This document shows positions 40,840 through 53,750 of a DNA stretch of 64,000 bases, in pieces; position 1 is the first letter of the stretch; every line of letters starts with the position of its first letter. The notes beneath the pieces were generated by a model. The model saw nothing but the letters and a program-made list of their open reading frames with translations, did not search any database and was not told where the DNA came from. A program made the translations under genes and the position numbers. The DNA is from the human T2T-CHM13v2.0 reference genome, Homo sapiens. The stretch lies in assembly GCF_009914755.1 (NCBI RefSeq), contig NC_060931.1; one strand, given 5' to 3'.

Positions 40840-42233
40840 TGAAAGCCATTCAGTCTTCCCTCTCTTGTTGAATGGTGTAAAAGCCTAGCTAGACTGCAGG
40901 TTGTGGATGACCAGACTTGGCTCAAAAGAAGCATTCTTAGCATTGCTAGGGGGCTTTTGCAGATTTTGGCTTGTCTCCGATACTTGAGTCATTTGATATT
41001 GTAGCCCATGAATTAGGACAGTGTAGTTTCAAGAGCTGAGTCCTGGCTGTTTCCATGGTAGAGTAGTATGCATTGTTTAGAATGTCAGGTGAGCAGTGGC
41101 TTTTCTGCCTGTGCATTGCCCATTTAGCAGACTCTCTGCTTTTATACTACATAGATGAATTGAGCCATGGTTTAGAATGGGGAAGGTTTTCTGAGGCTTA
41201 CCAGTTAAAAAAGGAAGTTGGCTAGAGAGAGAGTCTTAGGCTATAGCCTTCATTTGGCCTAGGGACATTACTTCTAGAGAGACAGGCCTCAGTGTCCTCA
41301 TTTGTTTGAAAGATAGTGATGTGGGGTTCTATGTGACTCGTAGCAACCTCGCTGTTCCAGCAAATCTGTGGGCTGGGCAGGGTTTGGAAAATAAGGAGAG
41401 TCCTTGCAGTTTTGCAAGACAGTTGTTGTGAACAAATGACCCTATTGCATTCCCTGGTTACTCAGCACCCTCTGGACACTGGCCTAGTCATGGGCAATTG
41501 GCTGTCCAAATAGCATGGACTGGTCTGCAGCCGGAGCTCTTAGTGAGGATGAGGCACGACGCTTCCCCAGCTGACTGCTCGCGGGAGCATTACCTGGTGT
41601 GCAGCTGTTGCCTGAATCCCAAGTAGCATCCAAGTGTAAGGCTGGCACGCTTGCCTCTTCCCATCTTTTTCCTTGCTGCTCTGTGAATATCTGATCGATG
41701 GGGCCAGTTGGCTGGGATCCAGCTAAGCCAGCCATGTTGTTAGATGTAGCATTTCTGCCTTTCCCCTTCTCATCTTTTCCATTTTGTCACATCCTAGGAT
41801 ATTGTCTTCCTAATATAACTGGAGAGTTTATTCCAGTGGGAATTGTACTTGACATGCTGGTCTCCATATAAATGATGAGTGATTTTTATTTCACTCTCTG
41901 TGGTGTCTTGTGGTTTCAAAAAGTGAGCAGGTGGAAATTTGGAGGGGGTGGGTGTGTTGGTAAACCCTGTGTGGTGAGTTTTGTTTTGCAGCCGTCGTAA
42001 TGCTTATGTTCATCAGCAGTTCAACAAAACACATTTATTAAATACCTATTGTGTGCCAGCTATTGGAAATAGAAAGATGAATATGGCCACTTTTCTTCGG
42101 AGACCCAGCCAGCCTTTCACTGCTGGACAGGCTGCCCATCTGGACTGCTGGGTTGTTCCAGTGGTAGTGCTGGAATTTTAGGTAGTGCTCTGTTTCCTTT
42201 GGTAAGTGAAAGAGGAATTTAAAAAGTATAATG

Positions 42234-42562
42234 CAGGGGCCAGGATACTTGATTTTCTATAAAGGGCCAAATGATAAATATGTAAGCAAATATTGAGATT
42301 TGTGGACCAGGCACTCTTTGTCACAACTATTCAACTCTGCCATTGTAGCTGAAATTAAACGTATACACTAACTGCCTGAATGAATGGATGTGGCTGTGTT
42401 TCAATGAAACTTTATTTTCAAATGCTGAAATCTGAATTTCATAAAGTTTTCACATCTCCAAATATTGTTCCTTTGATTTTCTTTCAAACCATTAAAAAAC
42501 ACAAAAACCATTTTCAGCTTATAGGCTGCACAGAAAGGCCAGGTTATGTTTACTGACCCCTG
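42234..42562 (+). mobile_element. MER58B (hAT-Charlie)
   Basis: TIRs cagggg / cccctg. Perfect 8-bp TSD gtataatg at 42226-42233 and 42563-42570. Confidence 0.9.
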
Positions 42563-44039
42563 GTATAATGCTTTTGTTGAGCATTGGCCTTTATACTAAT
42601 TCTGCCTCCTTGTCTTCCATCGTTGTCTAAGGAATATCTGCTTGAAGACAGCTGACTTAGCATTGATCAGGTACTGTTTTCCTGAACTCTGGTTTGTGTG
42701 GTTTGGCAGCATGGAGATAAACATGGTATTGGCCCAGTGATCTTAACTCACTCCCAGTTTTTTAGGGACAAATAGTGTCCCCCATCAGAGCTGCAAAGTG
42801 TCAAAATTTCAGTGCCTGCTCTTGGATAATGAATTCCTGTTAAGTGTCTTGTTTGACTCAGAGTTTGATGTAGAAGAGACTGGGTTCAGGCAGAGGTGTT
42901 TTAAATTCTTACTGGAGTGGCTTGTGCTTTGGGGGGATGATCTGAATGGAAATTTTTACCAATAGCAACAATGATAATAGGAAACAGTGTACTTTTATGT
43001 CTTGAAAAGCAGAGACAGTGCAGAATAGACCCACTGGAGCCTTGGATGCTAGGAGGCAGATGTTGTTTGTAGGTGTGTTTGGCCTGAAAATTGAGATGTT
43101 GATATTTTTTTTCTAAACTTTTTTTTTTTTAAATGAAAGGCCTTTCCTCTTCCCCTGCCACCAAAGATGAAATGCCAGTCCCCAATCAGATCCTTGCTTA
43201 TTCTGTTCTTATGGTTACATAACGCAACTGAGACCGAAGTAAGCAAGAGAGGCTCCTAGGGTGCCTAGGTGTGTAGTGGACCTTTCATTTCTGACAAATA
43301 TTTTGATACTTTGGCAGAAAATTCAGAATGTGTGAACAAAGTAAGGTAGAGCAGTCTGGTGTTGTGGATTTTCCTTCCCCCTTTATTGTGTTCATTAGAG
43401 CACTGTCTATTATTTCCTGCCTTCTTTGGGCTCTGAAGAATATTTTTAGCACTGAAATTTGTCTTTACTACTGAACCCTGCCCAGCTAATACAATTTTGT
43501 AACAATTGATTACCGCTAAAATGGTTACCTCTCTTTGTCAATACTACACCCATCCAGATCTCAGTGAGGAAGTAAGATTTCAACACCTAAAGAACCAAAA
43601 TGGATCCCTTCCCAAAAATTAGCTTTCACTAAAGTCCCCTTGAACGCTCAGAGCCTATTTATTAGTATTTTATTCACATTTAGCCCAAAGTAGATTATCA
43701 ATTAGAAGTGAATTGGAACTAGCATCCTGATAGCAAAATAGGAAGCAGAGAAAGATAGAACAGATATTAGACTCTCTGAATGTGGTGTGTCATTTTGTGT
43801 CACAGTATCTTCTATTTGGAGAATAGAAAATGATTTCTCTGTTGGAATTGTATAGATTATCTTCTTGAGTGAAAATAGGGCTCAGATTGAGGAGGTCAGA
43901 TAGAATAAAATAATTTTTCTTTCTTAAAGTGGGCCATCATGCTTTGAGAGATCCTATTGTGCCTCTCTGATTGGATGTTTTGTTACTTTTTACTACAGCA
44001 TCAGTATCCTTGCCAGAACCAAATTTCCTATAGGCTTTA

Positions 44040-44421
44040 TGTAGTCCACTAAGGGTAAATCATGTTGCAGTAACAAAAGCTCAGTGGCTTTATAACAATA
44101 GAGGTTTATTTCTCACTCATATGTCCATAATAGGTAGGCTGTGGTTCTGCTTCACTTTTCCTTCACTTTGGGATCCAGGTTGATAGATCATTTGTTATAT
44201 GGCATTTTACCCTTATCACAGTGGAGGGAAAGAGAGATGTGGCAATCAAGAGCTGACTCTGTGATTTCACTGGCCACTCCCAAATCCACCAGGCCAGGGA
44301 AGTGCTGATGGTCCTTCCCCAGGGAAGGGTACTGAACACTACATGGCCAAGACCAGCAGTGGGTTGGGAGGTTGTTATTCTCTCCCAGAGAGGGACAGAC
44401 AAAATTTTGAAATAATACCAC
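44040..44421 (-). mobile_element. MLT1 (K/L-like) MaLR solo LTR
   Basis: gttgcagtaacaa...ctcagtggctt...gtttatttctcactcat...ccaca. Confidence 0.7.
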
Positions 44422-46584
44422 AGACTTGATGGTTGGCCAGATTTATGCAGTCTCAACTGGGGAACCCATATTCTTTTGGAGCACCAGTTGTTTAAAAAAC
44501 AACTTTTGGCTTGCAAATATTTCAGTGGTCTGATTTTCATCAGCATTAAAAGCCTAACAGAGTATAGTATTCAAGTTGTAGGTCTTATTTTCATTAGCAT
44601 TTTCATGTTTCCAAAAGCCTTATTTCTTTTAGACCTAAATAAATTACTTTGGGTCTGTGGATTCTAATTTGCATGGCTCTACTTAGTTCAGGGGGCCGGG
44701 TTGTAGGGGTGATCTCTGAACCTACAGAAACATTTGGCATATGATCTTCCACCTACCACCAATTTGTATTTTGGGTAAATGATGCCAAGAAGTGTATATT
44801 ATAACTGATATCTACTTCCTGTTGCCCAAAATACCTGAGTAGATTCATGCTAACTCTTCACCGTATCATTACTTATCTGTTGATTAGCAAGGAGCCCAGG
44901 AGGAGAGTGACATCTTGTTCTTCCATAGCCAATGGAGTGGCAGCTAACTGCCCCTACCTCTGTTCAATTGTAGTGTGAGGCATCTGATTAAAGCTGAAAC
45001 GAGGAAGTTCTGTTCAAGAAGGGTTCATTTTTCTTCCTTCTTTCTCCCTCTTTGCTGGAGAAGAATAACATTTGCTGGTTTGATAGGAGCCAAGTGCTGA
45101 TGCTAAAACCCGGTGTAAAATCAGACCACATCTTTTACCCTTGCCAGCCAAACTGAGGACTTGAAAAAGTCAAATCTGTCTTGTTTCAGACACCTCTCAA
45201 AATATAATTCTGCTGATGCTGGGCAGCCATAGGTGCTTTGGCATTTGGGAGTGAAATTTAAAATCTCTTGCTGCTGGTGAATGATAGGATGGATGTGGAG
45301 TTTCTTTGTCTGTGCCCTTCAGAATATGCAGCAGCCAGCTGCAAATGATGGTCTAATTTGATGTGGTGACTCCGTTTGAAAGCGGAAGCTGCCGGTTTCA
45401 GACCGGCTCCCTGTAGGATAATGAATTGTCATGCCTCTGCTGATTATCTAACAAGTTTGTACAACGTGTAACACAAGCTGACAAGACAAACAATTTTATT
45501 AATTTAAGCCTGCTGCTAATGGGATTGCAGTGCTATATGAATGTAGGAGTATTATACGCAAATACAAGAGTATGCTACTCTACACATACTTGTAGTCTGG
45601 GTTTGATAATGGGAAGTCTATTAATTTTTTTAAACAATGTTTAGTGTTTCCATTTGTTTTCAAAAAAGAAAATTCATTTGGATTTGAATTGAAAAATATT
45701 TATGAATGCTTGGGGATTTATGGAGCTTAAAAAAGGCTATCAGCCTTTGAAGTATTAGAGCTGATAAATGCCAGTGGGCAGTAGATAAACTTTTGGTTGT
45801 TATAAACCAATTACGCTAGAGGAGCTTTTGTCTTAAATGTGTCTAGAGTTTGGTTGTCAGTTGGGAGAGTGCTAGGGCCTGTGGGGAGATGGATTCTATT
45901 TTCAGTTTGCGGCCTTTGATCTGTAGTATTTTTTTCAAATCATCTCATGTTCTTATAAACTTGATAATTTAAGGTAGTTGAATCTTGAATTGTTGACTAG
46001 GATTGATTAGCTATGTTTATGAAAGGAATTTATCATCTAAGATAAACTGGGGCAGGAGAGCAGAGAGGGGACTAGAGCCAAGCTCTGTAAGTGTGTTTTG
46101 TGTAATTAAAATGATCACAAATTAGAAAATAATATGGTGGGGGTATGTTTTCCTTTTTATCTTCATTCTTGTGAAGCAGAAGCTGTGTTGTAGAATGTAG
46201 CGCCTTTAGGCCTTCCACTGTCCTTAACTCTGCTTCTTCTTGTATCTTCCTCCATATCTAGAATTCCTTTTTCCCACCAGCCTCTTCTTTAGCCATTCCT
46301 CTGGGATCTTGCCCTCCAAGGCTTATCTTCTGCTAGGATATGTGGCGACTTAGAATCTGAGCTTCCCCAAATCACTTACCTGTCCCCAAATAAATTAGAT
46401 GTACAGCTTCTTCATTTCTTAAGAGGTAGAATTGCCAGATGGCCACCAGGAATAATTTGCATATATTTGCACAACGGTACATATTTTAAGAATTTTCAGG
46501 TTCTCTTCCTAATACTAATAAAAATATTATTTGTTTAAATATAAATGGTATTAATCTGTGTATCTGCCACTTTCTGAAAGCTTT

Positions 46585-47515
46585 TTTAAAATACTTTTTA
46601 AATTGAGGTCAATATCCAGTCATTTGTATACTGTGCAGTAATCTTAAATGTAAATATATGTACAATTAAATATATATATCTATATGCATAAACCAGTGTA
46701 TCTACCACCCAAATCAAGACATAGAAAATTTTTAGTATCCCAAAAATTTCCCTCATGTCCATTTCCAGATGGCGTTTTTTATGCCTTGAAATAACCATTA
46801 TTCCACATCAATTAGTTATGCCTTCTCAAACTTCAGTCAGTGCAATCATACAGTAGGCAGCCTTTAATATCTGGCTTTTTTCATGCAATGTAATGTCTGT
46901 GAGATTTATCTTTGCTGTTATTTATATCACTAGTGGTTCTTTTCTGTATAGTATTCCATTGTTTCAATAAACTACAGTTTATTCTCTTGTTAATGATCAT
47001 TTAGATTGTTTCCAGCCTGGGTCTATTATGATAAAGCTGCTAATGAACATTCTTGTGTCTGCCTTTTGGTGGATGCGCACATTCGTTTGTTTGTGTATAT
47101 CTAGGAATTATATTGTTGGGTCATCCAGTAGATGAATGTTTAGCTGTGGTTAGTACTCCCAAACACTTTTCCAATGTTACTATATGGAAAGTTGTTCCAC
47201 ATCCATGCCAACACTTGGTGTTTTTATGTTGTTAGTTTTAGCTATTCAGATCTGTTTATAGTGGCATCTCAGTTGGTTTTAATTTACATTTCTTATGTGG
47301 AGCAACTTTTTGTAAGGTTATCAGGCATTTGGATATCTTTTGTGAAATGCTTGTTCAGGTCTTATAAAGATTTTAGTTTTTGGAATTGGGTTGTTCATCC
47401 TTTTCTTATTGATTGTTAGGAGCTGTTTGTATATTCTGAATGTGACTTCTTAGTTGAGTTGTTTTGTGAATATCTTCTAATTTGTGGTTGCCCTTTGTAC
47501 TCTCTTAATGGCTGA
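46585..47515 (-). mobile_element. L1ME/L1MD-like 3' end
   Basis: ttttaaattgaggt...accacccaaatcaagacatagaa...aaagctgctaatgaacattcttgtg...ttgtgaaatgcttgttcaggtc. Confidence 0.85.
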
Positions 47516-47779
47516 CAGTGTTTCTTAAATGTTTCTGAAAATGTTTCCTGTGTTCTTAATTTCTTTGTGTTTGAGAAGACATTCATTTCTTGTCTTCTCT
47601 TTATTTTTGAAAAGCTTCCCTGCTGTTGATGCTCCTGCCATGCTGGAATATAAGTATCAATATAACTGTAAGCAATCGCTATGCCGCAAGATCTTCCTGA
47701 CTCTCAGAGGAATACTAGGTTTCCTTGTAAGGCACCCACACAAAATTTACTTTGGAGAAAGTTAAATTAATGTTATTAC

Positions 47780-47950
47780 ATAGAAGTGATCATAGTTGCC
47801 ATGTTATTGTGAACTTACTATGCAAAGTCTAAGCATTTTTAAACATGTATTCATTTAAGTCATAAAACAGTATTGTTGATTATGTACTGCTAGTACTATC
47901 CACATTTGACAAACAAGGAAATCAAAGCTCACAGAGGTCTCCTGTGGATA
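47780..47950 (-). mobile_element. MIR fragment
   Basis: acttactatgcaaag...cacatttgacaaacaaggaaatcaaagctcacagagg. Confidence 0.6.
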
Positions 47951-48435
47951 GAATACCAGGCATGGTATTGTTGATCTTGCAACATTATGTCCTTATGTCA
48001 TTCACAGCTGGGGATCTGTTCTCCCTACTTACTTTAGTGAGATTTTAGTGTGTGCAAAGCGTATCTGTAGAAAGTCAGTTAGAAAAGACACATCCCCTAT
48101 CCTCAAGGAATTCCATGTCCTATCCTGTGAATTGCCTCTGTTTAGTTAAAAGGTTAATAGTATATCGGGATTTTTGCATATATGACTAATGGTTTTTTTT
48201 GTTGCTATAATATTTTCATTATAAAATATCTGATGTATATGGCAACTATGTTGAAACCTTGGTTTGATTTCAGCATTTACTACTACCTGATCATATGGTT
48301 TTGATATTTAAATTTTTATAGTAGAACCTTGCTAATATTTTAAACTAATATGTAATCCATTTTGATTTAGTGAAAAATTGACATAGCAATTTTCAAAGGG
48401 AGGAGATACATTTGTGTCAGATTTTTAAAGTAGCA

Positions 48436-48721
48436 GGCTAGGCACGGTGGCTCATGCCTGTGATCTCAGCACTTTGGGGAGGCTGAGGCAGGAGGATCAC
48501 TTAAGCCCAGAAATTTGAGACCAGCCTAGAAACATAGGGAAACCGTATCTCTACAAAAAATTAAAAAATTATCTGGGCATGGTGGTGCATGCCTGTGGTC
48601 CTGGCTCCTCGGGAGACAAAAATGGGAGCATCGCTTGAGCCCAGAAGGTTGAGGCTACAGTGAGCTGTGATTGTGCCACTGCACTCTGGCCTGGGCGACA
48701 TAGCAAGATGCTGTCTCAAAA

Positions 48722-48722
<1 letters not shown>
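48436..48722 (+). mobile_element. AluJ
   Basis: Diverged dimer whose tail has turned into a tetranucleotide repeat. Confidence 0.92.
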
Positions 48723-48773
<51 letters not shown>

Positions 48774-48790
48774 GCAGGCAGGCAGATAGG
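48723..48790. repeat. Compound STR (TAGA)12 TAGG (CAGG)2 CAGA TAGG
   Basis: Read directly from the sequence. Confidence 0.95.
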
Positions 48791-48879
48791 TGGTAGCAGA
48801 TACATACTGCTTAGTAGACAACTTGCAGACAAGTCAAATGAATCGATAAGAATCGTCAGAATGTAGTATGTGACTTAAG

Positions 48880-49600
48880 ATGGTGTCTGTCAGGCTTTTT
48901 TACTGTAACAGAATGTTCTCTAATCAAATAATAAACATTTCATGGTGAGGTGCCTTGAAACTATATAAAATCAAATTAATTTTTATCAATATGGACTCTT
49001 GGTTTGATACTTTATTCAGTGAGTTATAATACATTAATTTTTTTGTTTGTTTTCATACTTAAATTGTCCCTGATTTGGCCAGTGAGAGCTCTTAAAGCTA
49101 GTTCCTGTGTCCTTTTGATGTGTCCCCATCCTTCTTTGATCCATTTCTTGCTTTGTGGGATGAGGCTTAGTTTAAACTATCTCCAGGTCAGCCCTAGAGT
49201 CAGCCATTTTGCCAAGGAATCTTGTTCCTTTTAGTAGAAAATGGTATCTAAAAGTCAAGACCTTGCCATCAGATATGCTCATTGCTACTGGAGTGTTGCT
49301 TGCCCCCAGACCATCTCAGTTGATAAGCTCTAGAGAATACATAGGGGCATATACATCCATACGTATATTTATGTCTGTATGTATTTCTGTAACTCCATAT
49401 TTATGTTGCAAACCATATATCCACACCAACACCTCCAGTTCCAATCCAACACCACAGGGTTCAGCTAGTTTTCTCCCTTTCTGTATTTGTAACTCCCTTC
49501 TCCAACAGTGAGAAGCCTTTGCTTCTGTTACCTTTAATGTATTTACTGATTTTATCATTTCCCCTGTGTGTAACAAACTGTCGCATTTCTGCTGCCAGCC
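48880..49600 (-). mobile_element. L1MC4/5-like 3' fragment
   Basis: aaattgtccctgatttggccagtgagag...gcccccagaccatctcag...ttccaatccaacaccacaggg. Confidence 0.75.
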
Positions 49601-51689
49601 TCTCCTCTAGGAATGTACCCTATAGTGCCCCAATCAGGACCTTCCTTCTCTCCCCAGGTGGGCAACCTGCTCGACATACTTGGGCTCTTGTCTCTCCCAC
49701 GTGTCTCTCTTACCTGGCTTGGTTTCGGACTCCTCATGACAGGCTGCCCTCCCTATGGACTCCCCTCAGTCCACTTGGGCTCTGGCACCAACATGCCAGA
49801 CTTGCTCTGGAAATGTCATCTTAGTCCCTTCATGATTTGGATTTGCACTTCTTTGACTTATTTCATTCATTAATCATTAATCTGTCTTGTTTATTTATTA
49901 TGTGAGAGACCGGATGAGGAATGGAAAAGGAATGGACTTTAAAGGGTGGGCTAATTGTGTCGGAAACCAGCCCCATCACTAGTTCTGAGATAGTGGGAGG
50001 ATAACTGTATTTAGTTCTCTGTTTGAATGCATAAAGTGGGCACCATAATGATGACTTTTCAGTTGTTGCTTGGTAAATGAAGTTGAATAAGATAACACAT
50101 AGAAGACATTTAACAAACATTACTGTCTTTTTGTTTGCTTTCAAGAGGAATCTAATCACCTGCTCATAGCCTGTTAAGGGCAAAGTATTTTGTTTGACTT
50201 TAATAACACTATTAATTTTGAACTTTCCTAGCTTTGCCTAGGAGAATCATTATGTGCCTTGATGTCAGTAAGAAAGATTAGTTACGAAGTTAATGTATAA
50301 CTTTGCAAGAGTCTAAAAAGGCACCTCTCTGCCATACATTTCGCCTTTCTGCCTTCTCTTTGCCAACATTAAGGGAAGAGCCTCCACAAACTTTTTTCCC
50401 TTAACCTAATTATCTTTATATCCAGTAGCCCTTTGGTATTAGCTTTTCATCTGACTTTTCCTTTCTTTACTTAAGTTGCTTACTCATGCCTTCAAGCACT
50501 GAGGCCCTACTAAGTGCTGGGCCATTTGGTGGTTGCTGGTATTGCAAGGATGCAGTCCTGATGAACCAGAAACTATATTGTAATCGCAAACTGTATTCTC
50601 AACGAAATTCTAGATCCTCAGAATTCTGGTTTATATCATAATCTTTAGAGAACATTTAAACCGTATAAAAAGATTTCAGAAATAGATTTCAAGTGGTATA
50701 TTGCTCTCCATATATACCTTAACTAGGACTTCTGGAAAGCATAGTTTTCATCACATCTCCATATGGTTTTCTAGGCCACCTACCTCTATCATCTTGGCCA
50801 TCAAGTACAAAATTAGCATGCTGAAGAATTTTGAGTATTTTGCCTGCATCTCATTACAATTAAACTTCTCTGACTTCAGCTAAGTTAATCTTCCCCACAT
50901 CCCAAAAGTTTCTTTTTGTGTGAGGGTTTTGGGGAGGACAGCATTTTCAAATATCTATATGTAAATTCCTTTATAAAGGAAACCCCAAGATTCAAAAGCT
51001 GTCTGTGGTTATCATTTTCTCAGTTACAGTTTGATAAATTCTTAGAATTTCAAGGTGTGAGAGCTGTGGTCAGCATGTCTTCAAGTATATTGGGGTATTT
51101 TACCCCCTCAGTTAGCTGAGAAAGTATCAACCAAGGGAAGAAAGCTATACAACACCAAAAAATGAATATGATGAGTATAGAAGGAGATTTACGGAGACTT
51201 TAAACACATAATCGTATACACACTGTTCTGTAACACTTGTCTCTTCTGTCTTTTCCTAGAAATGTTTGCTTTTGAAAACCTGAAAGTTGTTTGAACTTTT
51301 ATTATCCATTGTTCGAAGCTAGCATTCATCTGATTTTATTATTGGTCATTTGGCCCCATTCTTTATACCCATCTTTCCTTGAAACCTGTTAAAATTAGAT
51401 TCCTTCCTCTGCCAAAAGCAGTTTCTCTTATTTGCTCATAGCCCTTGATTTTTAAAGTTACCATTTTTTAGTTTTCCTTTGAAGGTGCATCTTCCGTATA
51501 GCAGTATGATTGTTACAGTATTTTCCAGAGGCTTCTACATTGGTACATTTTTGTTCAAAAAACTACTGGCTGTTTTTAAGCATGCTCAAGAACTGTATTC
51601 CAGAAATTAATTGATGTAAGATTAAATTGTAGGTCCTTCATATTGATGCTTGGAAATACCCGAGGCTCTCATTTATAATTATTCTAGTA

Positions 51690-51830
51690 ATATGGTGGAA
51701 GGAGTTTTGGTGTGAGAGAAAGAGATCTAGATTTTCTTCCTTGATCTTCCATTTCCTTGCTTTGTGGGCACAGGTGAAAACATGGCCACACCGAGCTTGA
51801 TTTTATATCTGTAAATGAAAAAGTTTACAG
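51690..51830 (+). mobile_element. MIR fragment
   Basis: atggtggaaggag...gagcttgatttttatatctgtaaatg. Confidence 0.5.
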
Positions 51831-51880
51831 TAGACTAGGGGAACACATGGAAATGTCCTCAGGGCTCAGATTGATAACTT

Positions 51881-52284
51881 TATTAGTTTGCTAGGCCTAC
51901 CATAACAAAATACCATAGACTCAATGGGTTATACAACAGAAATTTATTTTCTCACAGTTTCAGAGGCTGGAAGTCCAAAATCAAAGTGCCTCTTGTTGTC
52001 CCTTGGTCTCAGGTTTGGTTTCTTCTGAGACCTCTCTTATTGGTTTGCAGATGACTGCCCCCTTGCTGTCTCTTCATGTCCTCTCTGCACATGTACCCCC
52101 TACGTCTCTCTGTCCTAATCTCCCCTTATGGGAGCACCAGATTAGGACCCACTGTAATGGCCTCATTTAAATGTAATCACCTTTTTAAAGCCCCATCTCC
52201 AAATACAGTCACATTCTCAGGTACTTGCTTAGGGTTAGGTCTTCAACATATGGATTTTGGAGGAGCATAGTTCAGTCTATGACA
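51881..52284 (-). mobile_element. MLT1A/B/C MaLR solo LTR
   Basis: tattagtttgctagg...ccataacaaaatacca...gaggctggaagtccaaaatcaa...cttcaacatatggattttgg. Confidence 0.88.
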
Positions 52285-52880
52285 GTTACCTAAACATAGT
52301 TGGCAGCTTAGTCTAGTAGAGAGAATACTTTGCCCTCATCTTTATCTCTGCAACTATGACTGAAACTCAAGTTTGTCTTGATATGTGATGCTGACTGTTA
52401 TGGGTCTCAGAGTGTCTGAAGCAAGCTTGACACTCTTAAGTAACTTCTAAATTCAGTTAGTAGCTGTTACAGGTTTGTAAAATTCTCTGCATTTTATTTT
52501 TAAGGAATAATTGTAAAAGAAATTGTATATGCAATGGCATCATGTTTTGCTGTTTGGGACCATGCAGTCAAGCTGGCTAAATATGTAGGTAACTTCATCA
52601 AATGTACATAATCTGTATCAGGGTAGTCCACCTCTGAAAATTCTAAGGAAAGGATTTAAAGGAAGAGCCAAGCTTTGTGCCTAAAGATGTTTACTGTAAC
52701 CTGGTCTCTCAGAAAAGGTAGAAACAGTCTAAATAGCCAGAAATAGGGGAATAGTGAGCACATTCAGGTGACAAAACTCCTAGAACTCATGTCACATAGA
52801 AATATGTAATGCTGTCATTCTAATCTGGAATAATTCTGGTATAAAATATATATAAATGTTACTTAAAATCAAGCATGTGA

Positions 52881-52980
52881 GGCTGGACATGTTGGTGCAC
52901 ACTTGTAGTCCTAGCTACTCGAGTTCTTTGCACTCAGAAATTCGAGACCAGTCTGAGTAACATAGTGAGACCTGTCTCAT
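52881..52980 (+). mobile_element. FLAM-like Alu monomer with deletion
   Basis: ggctggacatg...gagacctgtctc; TSD aaaatcaagcat on both sides. Confidence 0.8.
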
Positions 52981-53028
52981 AAAATCAAGCATATGTGCAC
53001 ATCATATATATACATTCAGTCAAATTAA

Positions 53029-53243
<215 letters not shown>

Positions 53244-53478
53244 GAGCATGATTTTTGTTTCCATTTATTTCTATTAATAATAATATGATACTTGTTAAAT
53301 TGATTTATTGATAATTGACAGCAGGTGATCTTTTTTTTAAGGAAAAACTTACGGACAAAAAAACCCAGGACTATTCTATTTACTAACTTAGTTTTTGGTA
53401 TCATTCTTATTTTAAGTAGTTATGAGGATACTTTTTCTGCATTATGTTTCAGAAGCACTAGTATTCTAGAAAAGCGTA

Positions 53479-53750
53479 GGGCCAGGCAGACATGGTGGCT
53501 AATGCCTGTAATCTCAGTATTTGGGGAGACTGAGGGAGGAGGATTGCCTCAGCATAGTGAGACACTGTCTCTACTCAAGATTAAAACAAATCAGCTGGAT
53601 GTGATGGTGCATGCTTGCAGTCCCAGCTACTTTGGAGGCTGAGGTGGTTGCAGTGAGCTATGACTGAGCCACTGCACTCCAGCTGGGGTGACAGAGCAAG
53701 ACCCTGTCGCAAAAAAAAAAAAAACAAAAAAACAAAAAAACAAAAAACCC
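53479..53750 (+). mobile_element. AluJ with internal deletions
   Basis: ggccaggcagacatggtggct...gaccctgtcgc followed by an A-rich tail. Confidence 0.88.

Noticed and set aside
45451-45464. acaagtttgtacaa matches the first 14 nt of Gateway attB1
   Set aside because: The match stops before AAAAGCAGGCT and there is no other vector sequence; coincidence.
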